64,000 bases of DNA from positions 29,031,947 through 29,095,946 of the forward strand of contig NC_081379.1 of assembly GCF_030684315.1 (NCBI RefSeq). The letters run 5' to 3'. The notes under the pieces are model-generated. The model made no database searches. It was not told where the DNA came from and saw only the letters and a list, made by a program, of their open reading frames with translations. Position numbers and translations under genes: made by a program. Below are positions 11,781-23,074 of this stretch, piece after piece; position 1 is the stretch's first letter; each line of letters opens with the position of its first letter. The stretch comes from Stegostoma tigrinum. Its lineage: Eukaryota.

Positions 11781-12506
11781 ACCTTGAAATAGGCCAGAAA
11801 AGGAGAATGTAACTGCACTGGTCATTAAAGCTACAAGCTTCTGAATCAGGAGCACACATGCTCCACTTAAGTCACTGAGTCACACAGTAAGGCTATAAAA
11901 AAGAATCATATCAAGCAGGATACCTAAACTCTACCAATTTAAAAAACATTTTTGTTTAGAAATAAACAGACAACTCATCTTCACAAATGCTTTAGAGCAA
12001 CCCTCTGCAAGCTTTAAGTGGATTAATTGTTCAAATCGAGAGAGACAGGTCACAAATTAAGCAATCTTTGCAAACAGTTCTAGACAGTTTAATAAATCCC
12101 TCAGTGCTTGCATTAAACATTCCAGCATACTGGAAGCAATAAGTGTTTTCATTGGTAGGACTCCATTTGGACCAAAAATCTTCCATTAGCAAATCAACTT
12201 TCAGATGTATCCCAAGGATATTCTATTTCACCTCCACAGTTAACCATGACAATTATATTGTTAAGATGCACATGCGAATGTCATGTTTAGTTGAGTACTT
12301 TGAAAACTTATAACTAGGGAAATTTAGGGGGGCTGTTACTCGCTGATTTAGTTCAATGTTTGTTTGTTTCAAATGAGCAGAAAAGATAAATACTGGTATA
12401 CAAGTGACATTTCATGCTGCATTCTGTAAATAAAGTTAAGAAAAGATCAATTTCATAACTCATCTGGCCCAGAATTGAATTATCACATCCCCATTTCTGT
12501 TGGCAG

Positions 12507-12678
12507 AGATAGTAAGAACTGCTGATGCAGGAGTCAGAGATAACAGAGTGGAGCTGGATTAACAGCAGACCAGCCAAAAAGTAGACGTTTCGCGTCGGGA
12601 ACTGAAATGTCAACTTTCCTGGTCCTCTGATGCTGCCTGGCCTGTTGTGTTCCACCAGCTCCACACTTATCTTTGACT
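12507..12678. mobile_element. Older, degenerate family A fold-back element
   Basis: Diverged inverted arms of the same family; possible decayed TSD CTGTTGGCAGAGAT / CTGTTTGCCTAGAT. Confidence 0.6.
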
Positions 12679-13052
12679 GTTTGCCTAGATACAAGGCAAC
12701 TTATGGATGCAGGAGACTTTCTGCAGTACAATATGGTCATGACCAAAACCATCCTCCAAACTCCTGTCATACGACCATATCATCCCAGTTTCTAAAACAA
12801 TCACTTGCAAATCCAGAAAAAAAAGCAATAAACCACAATTACCCACTACCTCCACAATCCATCTATACAGCGATCTTAATGTTAAAAAAAATTTCAAACA
12901 GCTTTAGTGTAATTAGGAAAAAGTTGTATGTTAAGCCAAAGGAGAAAATATTAGGAGGGGAGATGTCAAAACAACAAAAAAGCCTTGAGAAATATAATCA
13001 AACAGAAGAGTTGCATCTGCATTACATCACCAGAAACCTAAACCCAACTTAC

Positions 13053-13131
13053 TTGAGCAGTGCAGTTTGACTGGAGGGAGGCATAGTTCCTTAGCAATGT
13101 CTGTGTTTTTAATTGTTAAAGCTTCATCGAC
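13053..13131 (-). CDS. ISCU: ISCU exon 4
   Basis: VDEALTIKNTDIAKELCLPPVKLHCS; AG/GT boundaries; LPPVK is the HSPA9-binding motif. Confidence 0.96.
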
Positions 13132-13334
13132 CTGTAAATGAATGAAAGTCAATGACATTTTCTTCATATTAAGCACATAAAGCACAAAAAATATTTCACA
13201 GGATGTAGTTTAAACATGTAGTATTGCAATGTGATTTTACTATGTGGTGCCATTGTAGAATCCAATACTAGAGATCTGAATTTGAATTAGATAATACATT
13301 TCCTATAAACAAAAAAAAAGCAAACTGAATAAGA

Positions 13335-14310
13335 CAATAGTACATAGAAGCAGAAATTGGGCCATTTGGCCCATCGAGCCTGTTCTGCCATTCAAATCAT
13401 GGCTGATAAGTTTCTCAATCCCATTCGCCCACCTTCTCCCTCAAAACCTCTGATTCCCATAACAATCAGGAACCTTTATTTCTATCTTAAATATACTTGT
13501 GACCTGGCCTCCACAGCCTTCTGGGGCAGTGAGTTCCATAGATTCACCACTCTCTGGCTGAAGACATTTCTCCTCAGCCCTATTCTAAAAGGGTCTACCC
13601 TTAACTCTAAGGCTGTGCCACTGGGTCCTAGCTCAAGTGTTCATGTGTTAAGCCGTTCATTCCTGGAATCATTCTCATGAACTCTTCTGGACCTGCTCCA
13701 GGGCCAGTACATCCTTCCTAAGAAGTCGGGCCCAAAATTGCTGACCAAAAGTACACGTGATAATGGGAACTGCAGATGCTGGAGCATCCAAGATAACAAA
13801 CTGTGGAGCTGGATGAACACAGCAGGCCAAGCAGCATCTCAGGAGCACAAAAGCAGACGTTTCGGGCCTAGACCCTTCATCAGAGAGGGGCATGGGGAGA
13901 GGGGGGGGCGGGAGGAAGACTGAAGACAGAGAGAAAACAAGATAGGTAGAGAGGAGAGTATAGGTGGGGAGGTATTACAAGAGAGTTGCAGTGGGAGAGA
14001 GATTCCCTGAGGTTGGTCTGGAGGGTAACGTCAGCTTTTGTGCTCCTGAGATGCTGCTTGGCCTGCTGTGTTCATCCAGCTCCACACTTTGTGACCAAAA
14101 GTACATCCCTGCTTTTATATTCTAGTCCTTTAAAAATAAATGCCAACATTGTATTTGCCTTCCTAGCTACTAACTCAACTTGCACAAGTTACTTTGAGAA
14201 TTCTGGACTAGGACTCCCAAATCCCTTTGCACTTCAGATTTCTGATTTTTCTCCCCATTAAAAAAAAATAAACAGTATATGCTTCTGTTCTTCCTATCAA
14301 AGTGCGAAAC
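13335..14310 (-). mobile_element. CR1 3' fragment hosting a family A element
   Basis: FWARLLRKDVLALEQVQ remnant plus CR1 3' UTR. Confidence 0.75.
13756..14091 (-). mobile_element. Family A mini-Penelope with inverted arm, hammerhead core and 14 bp TSD
   Basis: TGACCAAAAGTACA at 13742-13755 and 14092-14105; minus strand CTGATGAAGGGTCTAGGCCCGAAACGTC at 13856-13883. Confidence 0.85.
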
Positions 14311-14453
14311 TATAAATCTAGAGACCCAGATTCAAACTCAAATTGAATTAGAGTTCAAAAAACACAACTGTCCTGCATGTGATGCCCAACCCACAATGTG
14401 GTTGACTCTGAAGTGGCCTCTAAATGGCCTAACAAGCCAATTAGTTGTACCAA

Positions 14454-14673
14454 GGTGTAGAGCTGGATGAACACTGCAGGCCAAGCAGCAGAGGAGCTGG
14501 AAAGCTGATGTTTCAGGCCTAGACTCTTCTTCAGAAAATGAAAGTTTCTGAAGGGTCTAGGCCCGAAACGTCAGCTTTCCTGCTCCTCTGCTGCTGCTTG
14601 GCCTGCAGTGTTCATCCAGCTCTACACCTTGGTATCTCAGATTCCCCAGCACCTGCAGTTCCTTCTATCTCTG
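14454..14673. mobile_element. Family A fold-back element with 15 bp TSD
   Basis: AATTAGTTGTACCAA at 14439-14453 and 14674-14688; long inverted arms with hammerhead remnants on both strands. Confidence 0.85.
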
Positions 14674-15188
14674 AATTAGTTGTACCAATCGCTTCGAAAT
14701 GAAAGTGGACAGCTCACCTGGAACAAGGCACCAGGAAAGATGACAGCAGAAACAAACCATCAACCCTGCAAAGCCCTTCTCACTAACATCTGAGGGCTAG
14801 TGCCAAAATTGATCTCAGACTAATCAAACAACAGCCTGACACAGTCATACTCTCAGAATTATACCTTACAGACAATGTTCCAGACACCACCATCACAATC
14901 TCTGGTGAATGTCCTGTCTCACTGGCAGGACAGACCCAAAAGTTCATTTACCTTATTTTGTATACTGCATGCACTCAGACAACACTTTCAGTCGTGTATT
15001 TACCATCCCTCTTCTCATTGTAATCCCTTTATTCAACGTGCTTGAAGTTAGATTCCTAACCCTTTTCAAACATTGTCCTAGTATGTTCTGGATACTTTAA
15101 TAACCAAGTTCACTTTCCTTTTCATTTAATTTCTACACTTTTCCATGCAATTGATTGGCCATTATACTTCTTGCAGTTTTACAAGCTG

Positions 15189-15389
15189 NNNNNNNNNNNN
15201 NNNNNNNNNNNNNNNNNNNNNNNNNNNNNNNNNNNNNNNNNNNNNNNNNNNNNNNNNNNNNNNNNNNNNNNNNNNNNNNNNNNNNNNNNNNNNNNNNNNN
15301 NNNNNNNNNNNNNNNNNNNNNNNNNNNNNNNNNNNNNNNNNNNNNNNNNNNNNNNNNNNNNNNNNNNNNNNNNNNNNNNNNNNNNNNNN
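15189..15389. other. Assembly gap (201 N) in ISCU intron 3
   Basis: Run of N. Confidence 1.
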
Positions 15390-15866
15390 TTTCACTATAA
15401 CATTAGTCTCAGCTTGGGTCAAAATATGTATCTGCAATCCATTTCTACACAAGTAGCTTTGCTGTACTATCATTTAGTATTGACTTTGGAGTTTTGGCAC
15501 CAGCTTATCTTCAAGTTGTCCAAGAAGAATTTCTGTTCTGTCTCTGTTTATGACCAATGAGCTGTGTATTTTTCTACATTGTCCTCAGATACATTTTCAG
15601 GCAGCATCCACAACTGCCATGAAAGTAAGAAATAGCTTGTAGCCAGTACATTTTACAAAATCTCAAATCATACAACTGACTAGTCATGGGATATTGGATA
15701 AATTGTATATAGAAGCTGACGTTGTTCATGCAAGTCTGAGGGACTAATAATTTCTTGGGTAGTTACAACTGATTAAAGTTGGCATTCAATTTTAAAGTCA
15801 TCATTTTAGGACTGATCCCATGTGATATTTTCATTAAAGTACTTCAGAGATCATTACTATCCTTAC

Positions 15867-15977
15867 CGTTTTCCCTTTCACCCATTCTGTAGCCAGTGAG
15901 CTAGATGCAATTGCCGATCCACAGCCAAATGTTTTAAATCTTGCATCAATAATTTTCCCATTTTCATCCACTTCAAT
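15867..15977 (-). CDS. ISCU: ISCU exon 3
   Basis: [37 protein letters not shown]; AG/GT boundaries. Confidence 0.97.
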
Positions 15978-16183
15978 CTACAGAAGATAGTCAAAATGCA
16001 AACAAGTTGTAACAGTTATAATCTATCACAAAATTGACATCATTTGATTATTAACCAGGCAGAATTGCAGCATAATCCAAACTGAAACTACTAGATGACA
16101 GAGGAGAAACAGCAGCCACACACGTCCTTCCAGTTTCCACAGGACAATGCAACAGGCTGGTCATATCCTCCAAAGAGAGAGTC

Positions 16184-16203
16184 GGGGGGGGGGGGGGGGG
16201 GGG
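16184..16203 (+). repeat. G20 homopolymer
   Basis: 20 consecutive G. Confidence 0.9.
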
Positions 16204-18063
16204 CAGGAGGAGGAGTTACCATTTGCTCTCAATGTGATCCTGATCTTTCAGGACAAATTGGCTAGAAATATGTGCAGCATAATTAGGAAGTGGCAGATCA
16301 CTAAAAAATACTGAGGAACTTCAGTCAAACAAGATGAAACAGGATTGAAGTTCATGAAGGAACCACGCTCTGGTTAAGTGTTCAATGAAGCCAAACACTA
16401 AGAATGCAATTCTGACTAGAAAAAAGCAAACCTTCTCTGAAATATATGCATGTATATAAGCACATCCATGTCAGCCCATGGGTCATAAGCTCACTCTCTC
16501 CATACGCACCCAATGTTGCTGACATACATTCCACATTCGGCCCAAGCGCTCTCACTTCATCACCGTCCTTGGTACTATACACTCAGCCTATTGCTGAGAT
16601 GTTAGCCCTATTAAAGGACACAGGAGTCAAGATAGAAAAGTGTGCTTTTGAGGTTACAAGGGAATAGAGTTTCAGCAACAGCGCACACTTACTTGGGCTG
16701 GTAGAGTCCAAGGCTCTGCAGAATAGGACATGAGTCCTATCATTTTCACAGGCATCCCCAAATTCCAACCCCATGGTATAATAGCTTAGGGCAAGGCTCA
16801 AAGTGGGGGCCAGGACAATCAACAGTGGGTGGGAAGGACTGAGGAACTGAGAGGGAGTACATGTTTGCATTGGCATACAAGAGAATGAGAATTCCTAGAT
16901 GGGGAGCTGGATACATGTACAAGTTTCCTCCCTGCTTTATAAAAAGCTATTCACAAGACTAGAGGAATAAAAAAGTCTCAGACTTAAACAGCACACTTTC
17001 AAGCCCCTGCTTCACATGAATTCTGCCAACATCAGCTCAGTACTTGGCAGAAGCAAAAACAAGGTCAGTTTTAGTTAAACCTAAATCAGTTTCGATCCAC
17101 TGCGATGATTGAGAATTAGGGATTCTGTCTGCCTCCAGCTCAGGTTTAGTTGGTTCCTTCTGCTGCTTGGTACTTAGATTGCCACTTAGTTTTTTCTGTT
17201 TGAATTATAATTACTTTAATTTTTTTTCAATGTCTAAGTATGTTTCATGTTGTGCCAAATCATATCTTTCTGAAATATGCATTCAGTCCTTGAGAGAGAA
17301 AAGAATTTGAAATCTGATTACTCAAGAAAAAGTTGGACAATCCCGAGTCAGACCTTTGTAGGTGCTCACTTCTGTCAATATCATGTCAGCTACAACTCAG
17401 TCAATCTGCAAATTCTCCAAACCATTTGACGACAAACTGTTAGCGATTTGTTTTGAGATATCACTGGATCCAAGCAACCAGGATACAGGTAATTCAACAA
17501 CTATGTTCATTTTATATCTCCTAGGACAGTACAAGTTTCTATTAGCTGTAGCTATTATTGGATGTTAGTATGGAAACCAGCTTTCCCTTCGTAGGAAGTT
17601 TATACTTCTAGAAATACCCTATTAAGTTTGGGGAACTTTTAAAAAAAATATGCATGATTTCTGGTGTGCTATGCTATTCAGTTTTCTGTCTGTCTGTCTC
17701 CCCTCACTTGAACGTGCCAATGCTTGAGGAGATGGCTCCATAGACATTAATAGCTTTACAGGTTTGAAGAACATGCTACGTTTAAACGCAAACTTCTCTG
17801 GATCACTGATCAAAAGTTGAGCTCTAAATTTAATTCATCTAACTATGGCACTGAAGCCAACTGCTGGACTGAGAACAGCTCATTCATCCAAAGAGCTCTC
17901 TGAAATGGTGACCCATATCTTACCTTTGGGAAGCAAACTGAACCATTATACGCAGCCCTTCAACTTTGCTAAATAAATTAAAAAGGGACATAATGGCTCA
18001 ATTGATAATGTTACATTTAAATACATTGCTACCCATATCCTGGATCACCTCAAAAAACTTTAC

Positions 18064-18177
18064 CTGTAGTTTCATGACATCACCACAAGCCGGTGCACCA
18101 ACCAGGCCAGTTCCAACATTTTTTGCATTCTTATCCAAGGATCCAACATTTCTGGGATTCTCATAGTGGTCCACTAC
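18064..18177 (-). CDS. ISCU: ISCU exon 2
   Basis: VVDHYENPRNVGSLDKNAKNVGTGLVGAPACGDVMKLQ; AG/GT boundaries. Confidence 0.97.
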
Positions 18178-18224
18178 CTACGGTAGAAGGAAATACAATA
18201 GTGCAAGTCATGATGACTCAATAG

Positions 18225-18560
18225 AACTCTAGCTTCTGATTTCAAAACTGTGTTCAAGTTTCATTAAGCACAAAGAAAGACCAAGCCTATAGTCTAGTTC
18301 AGGACCGACAGAACGCAGCGCTGTCGGAACTGTCGTCATTTGAAAGACATCAGTCTGCCCTATCAGGTGGGTGGAAAAGATTCCACCGCATTACCTCCAC
18401 AGTTCTGGTCAGAATCTATCCAGAGATAATTTGGTCATAAGACCATACAGCTCTTTGCTGAAGTTTTATTTGTAATGTGCAAATTGGCTGTTGCATTGCA
18501 TACAATCTGGACTAGACATGAAGAATATTTCACCAGCTGTACAGCACTGCTGCCCAAAAT
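18225..18560 (+). mobile_element. Decayed Deu-domain (SacSINE1-like) SINE
   Basis: Motifs shared with 47908-48340 (CTGTCGGA...TGTC, GTCTGCCC...AAAGAT, TGTGCAAATTGGCTGTTGCATT). Confidence 0.5.
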
Positions 18561-18600
18561 ACTTTATAAATTCAATTACAACTTCCTCTCATCACCACTG

Positions 18601-18677
18601 CATGCCTACACCCCCTGCTTCTCCTCAACACCACATGCCCATGCCCCCTGCCTCTCCTCAACACCACACGCTCACGC
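18601..18677 (+). repeat. 33 bp tandem duplication (~2.3 copies)
   Basis: CATGCCTACACCCCCTGCTTCTCCTCAACACCA / CATGCCCATGCCCCCTGCCTCTCCTCAACACCA. Confidence 0.7.
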
Positions 18678-18849
18678 TGCCGCCACACCCCCTCCACCCT
18701 TTCCATCTGGACTACGACCCCATCGCTAATCATAGGTTTCCACAGATGATGTTGGGACCTATCCCCATTACTACTTCCCACCTCATTATCCCCAACCCTG
18801 CACAGCCTGCTACAACCTTCTTCCCAAAATCCACAAAATAGGCTGCTTG

Positions 18850-20270
18850 GACAGATCCACAATTTCAGTCTTCTCGCTGATCCACATATTTCTTATTTTC
18901 CTCTTATTCACTTTCTTCCCATATACACGTGACTCTTCTGATGCTTTACATTGGCTCCACAATTTGTTTTTTTTGGCCCTAGCTGCCACCCCTTCACAAT
19001 GAATATACAATCCCTCAATTTCTATCCTTTTCACTTCCACGAGGTCCACTTCTGACTCTTCCTGGTCTTCTATTCCCATTTCTGGGGATAGGGTGCCCAC
19101 CAGTATCCACTACAAACCCATCAACTCTAGACAGTTGTATTTGGAACTGATGCTGAAGAATCTCAGATAACAAAGTGTACAGTTGGATGAACACAGCAAG
19201 CCAAGCAGCAAAGCTGACATTTTGGGTCTAGACCCCTTCTTCAGAAAACCCAAAATGCTTGGCTACACTTCCTTGTACAAGGACAGCATTCCATTTTCCA
19301 AGTTTCTCCATCAAGTGTTGACAGGGTTGCCTTTGAAATGTTTTTTTTCCTTCAACCACAATACCAAACATTTTTCCATTCCCCACTACTGATTCTCTGA
19401 GACACCCTGATCTATTTCTCTACTTCACTTCTGACACTTCCTCACCTCTATGGCATATTTCTATACAATTAGAGATTACATATCACTTGACCTCCTCACT
19501 GTTCACAGCCCTAAGTACACATTCCAGGTGAGGAAGTAGTTTGCTTGTACTACTTTGCATGTAATCTATCACTTGCTACTCACATTGTTGAGGCCAAACA
19601 CAAAACAGACAAATGGCTTGCAGAATACCTTCACTTTGTAAGAATGAATTATGTCCCAGTTGCTTGCTATTTCAACTATCTCGCTGTCATTGAGCATTTT
19701 TGTCCTAGGCTAGCTGCAGTGTTCCATCAAACCTTAGCACAAGCTGGAGGAACAGCATCTCAATTCCCATTCCAAAAAGCAACAGCCTCCACAACATTGA
19801 GTTCAATCCCTCCAGGGCATGCCATCTTTCCTCTGTTTCGATTACAGCACACCACCCAAACTCTGGCACTTTGCATCTTGTCAACTTTGCTGTCAGCAGA
19901 GCAGACGCATTTTCTTCTTTGCGCACCTCTTTCAAGTCTCAATGTCTTCTTTGGCACCGTTAATACACTCTTTTGCCTTCTGTTCTGGTATCCTCGCCAT
20001 CTGTCACACTCACTCCAACATCCCATTTGTCTACAGCGTGGTACACACGCTGATTCGGTTATAATGGACCGGAGGCATTGAGAAAACTTTCTCGTTCGAC
20101 GGACGGTGCCAGACTTGCTGTGTTTTGCCAGCATTTTCTCACTCTGTTTCACGTTTCTAGTAGCCATTCTGCTTTACTTTTACAGGCATTCCTTCTTTAC
20201 CCACCACTCCACTTTCCCCTGCACACCCTCTTAACTGCAGCCACAACACTTTTTGTATCCTTAGAGACTA
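18850..20270 (+). mobile_element. Highly decayed Penelope-like retroelement (RT end plus GIY-YIG), with a nested terminal-repeat fragment at ~19160-19250
   Basis: Remnants ISGDRV..SIHYKP, KDSIPFSKFL and HIVEAKHKTDKWLAEYLHFV; the last resembles GKTKRRLGDRFAEHLRSV of the 52.7-53.5 kb copy. Confidence 0.7.
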
Positions 20271-20491
20271 AGTGTTAGAAACGCTCATGCCACACGGCAT
20301 ATGTAAGATCACCCTCATCACCAGACGGTGCTCTCATTAGCTAACAGCCTCCTACCTGCCGTTTTGAATAGATTAGATTAAATTACATTCACTACAGTGG
20401 GAATTTGCGGACTCCCCTGGCCCACCCCAACGTGGACAGCCTCGGGACCAGGCGCAGAGTAAAGGCTGCTACCATTCCCAAGCGCAGTTAC

Positions 20492-20575
20492 CTTTTTGTG
20501 ATAAGCAGCGACGAGGGGTGCCCGAGCCTTCAGCACAAGCCGCGAGAGAGAACCAGTAATTATAACCGCCGCCAT
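20492..20575 (-). CDS. ISCU: ISCU exon 1 (mitochondrial transit peptide)
   Basis: MAAVIITGSLSRLVLKARAPLVAAYHKK|gtaact; Arg/Ala/Leu-rich with no acidic residues. Confidence 0.93.
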
Positions 20576-21183
20576 CACTACCAATAGCCGAGTGCGTCAC
20601 AACCTCCTACTTCACCGCCCGACGTCACCAACACTGACACCCCCTCCAACAAGTGCTGTTACGTAAGACTGACCACGCCCCCGCGTGGTTATGTCATGCA
20701 CTGACCACGCCCTCCCCACGGGACGCATTGACGAGTGAGCAACGCGCCACTAACAAACGTGTCCCTATGTTGTTTTGTTTACCACGCCCCTTACGTGACC
20801 ATGTGGCTGGCTGGGCACGCCCCTTGCGTGGTTGCGTTACCAACTGAAAACCGCTCTGGAAGGTAAACAAAACATCGCGACGCGCTCTGCATCGCGGCCT
20901 TACCAATATGGTGACAATTCGTACCCCGCTTTCGTCATATGCAATCGTCAGTTTCATTAAAGCCCACATGTCGCGTTGTTATGTTGTAAATATTACATCC
21001 ATTTGTCCCATATTCTCCCGAAAATTTCTGTTTAAAACAGCTCCCGCTGTAATGCGTGGAATTGTACTTCAAACTGAAGCTTCTATTAAAATAAGGAATT
21101 GTTCTATAAGAAGTAGTTGTGTTTCTCAGGATGTGAAGTGTTCTATTTGATCGGGCGTCTCGGCCTTTCCCGCACTGCTGCGC
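20576..21183. promoter_or_regulatory. Bidirectional CpG-rich ISCU/SART3 promoter
   Basis: Divergent ATGs 609 bp apart; CpG-rich; four (C/G)CACGCCC Sp/KLF boxes, a TTACGTAA site and a CRE-like GACGTCA. Confidence 0.85.
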
Positions 21184-21327
21184 ATGATGGCGACTATCGG
21201 GAGGCGACGGTCGAGTGAGGCTGAGGAATTGGAGGTTGGAACCGGGGGCGACTCGGAGGAAGAAATGGAAGACTCTTCGGAGGACGAGCAAGAAAACGAG
21301 GCGGAAATCCAGCGTTTGGAAGAGCAG
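21184..21327 (+). CDS. SART3: SART3 exon 1
   Basis: MMATIGRRRSSEAEELE...ENEAEIQRLEEQ|gtgcga. Confidence 0.9.
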
Positions 21328-22842
21328 GTGCGACGTGATGGCGGGCGGGAGTGAGCCCGCGGGATTTAAAACTTCAGCACGAGCTCCCCCTTCCCCCAGC
21401 CCCGTCCCAGTCCCACTTACTCTCCCAGCCCTTTCGCCCTCATCCCACCTCTACCACGCACTCTCGACCCCTCCCCACTCACCCCGAAGTTCCCTCTCCC
21501 ATTCCTCCGACCTCCTGCTGACTCCTGTCCGCCTGGCCTGTTCACTGTTGTGAAATAAGTAAACCAAAACATTTCCGTCATTGCCGAAGTAAAACAAACA
21601 TCTGAAAAATCACTTGAAAACCACGTAGTCAGGACTAATCCTTCGAAGAGCCAAGAGAAAGGCAAAATGCCTGAGGTCATCTACGGAGAGAAAATATAAT
21701 TTTCTGGGGCATAGTACTCAGGTTCACGCTGAGTTGAATGAATGGCCCAATTTCTAGCTATGTATGTATGATAAAGTCATGACCAATAAAATCCAAATGA
21801 CTTGAAGCATATGCCTTGACTCACAATAAATCTCACTGGCAGCCAGTGACTAGTAAGTTACCACAGGGATTAGTGCTTGGATCCAGCTATGGAGTATAAT
21901 GGATATATATGCAATTATCCACTTTGGTAGCAAAAACAGGAAGGCAGATTATTATCTAAATGGTAACTGGAAAAGGAGTAGGTCCAAGAGACATGGGTGA
22001 CCTTGTACACAAGTCAGTGAAAGTGAGCATACACATGTAGCAGTGAAGAAAGCAGGTGGCCGCCTTAGTGAGAGGATCCTACTGCAGGAACAAAGATGTC
22101 TTGTTGAAATTGTACTGGGCCTTGCTGAGAGCGAAGCTAGAGTATTGTGTTCAGTTTTTATCTTGTTACCTGAGGAATAGTGTTCCAGCTTTGGAGATAG
22201 TGCAACAAAGGTTTACGAGGCTGACACCGGGACAGCAAGACTGATATACGAAGGCTTTGTTAGGACAATCTTCATTGGAGTTTACAAGTATGAGGTTGGA
22301 ATCTTGTAGAAACCTATAAAATTATGACAGGACTAGACAGGCTTTATGCAGGAAGGATAGTTCTGATAAAAGGAATCCAAACTAGAGGTCACGATTTAGG
22401 AATATGAGAATGCCATTAGGGACTGAGATAAGAAATGTCTCATGCAGACTGGTGAGCTTGTGGAATTATCTGTTACAGAAAGCTGTTAGAGATAAGACAT
22501 TGAATGTTTTCAAAATGGAGTTAGATATAGCTCTTGGGGCTAAAGAATCATAGGGTTTGGAGAGAAGGTGGGAACAGACTACTGAGTAGGATGATCATTA
22601 TTGATGATTGCTAGGTAATTGAGTCCATTTAAGACGGAGATAGATAGGTTCTTAATTATCAAGGGGATCAAGGGTTCGGGGAGAAAGCAGGTGAGTGGAG
22701 CTGAGGAAATTATCAGCCGTGATTGAATGGTAGAGCAGACTCGATGGGCCGAATGGCCTAATTTCTGCTCCTATGTCTTATATGTTCTTATTATATTGAA
22801 AAGCAGATCAGACTTGAAGGACTGAATGGCCTAATTATACTC

Positions 22843-23074
22843 AGAGGTAAAAGGGAACTGCTGATGCTGGAGAATCCAAGATAACAAAGTGTGTAAACTG
22901 CATGAACACAGCAGGCCAAGCAGCATCTCAGGAGCACAAAAGCTGACGTTTCGGGCCTAGACCCTTCACAGAGAGCCTCTCTGATGAAGGGTCTAGGCCC
23001 GAAACGTCAGCTTTTGTGCTCCTGAGATGCTGCTTGGGCCTGCTGTGTTCATCCAGCTACACATTTTGTTATCT
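22843..23074. mobile_element. Family A fold-back element with intact hammerhead core and 16 bp TSD
   Basis: ~110 bp inverted arms centred at ~22976; TGGCCTAATTATACTC (22827-22842) / TGGCCTAATTCTACTC (23075-23090). Confidence 0.88.
22979..23010 (+). ncRNA. Minimal type I hammerhead ribozyme motif (Penelope-type)
   Basis: CT-CTGATGA-A-GGGT(CTAG)GCCC-GAAA-C-GTC^AG; loop-less stem III as in known Penelope minimal hammerheads; activity untested. Confidence 0.7.

Larger units (their letters stand above)
10757..20575 (-). other. ISCU: ISCU gene span (iron-sulfur cluster scaffold, mitochondrial; 5 coding exons, 151 aa)
   Basis: Spliced CDS 84+114+111+79+68 = 456 nt, all introns GT-AG; conserved YHKK, APACGD, FGCGS and LPPVKLHCSM motifs. 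Confidence 0.97.

Noticed and set aside
15145-15560. ORFs containing runs of X
   Set aside because: Artefacts of the N gap.
16184-16203. Functional G-quadruplex
   Set aside because: A simple intronic homopolymer whose length is unreliable in assemblies; no further support.
19545-20167. Long overlapping ORFs (178 and 135 aa) in ISCU intron 1 as novel genes
   Set aside because: They lie in a decayed Penelope remnant and have no coherent domain or splice structure.
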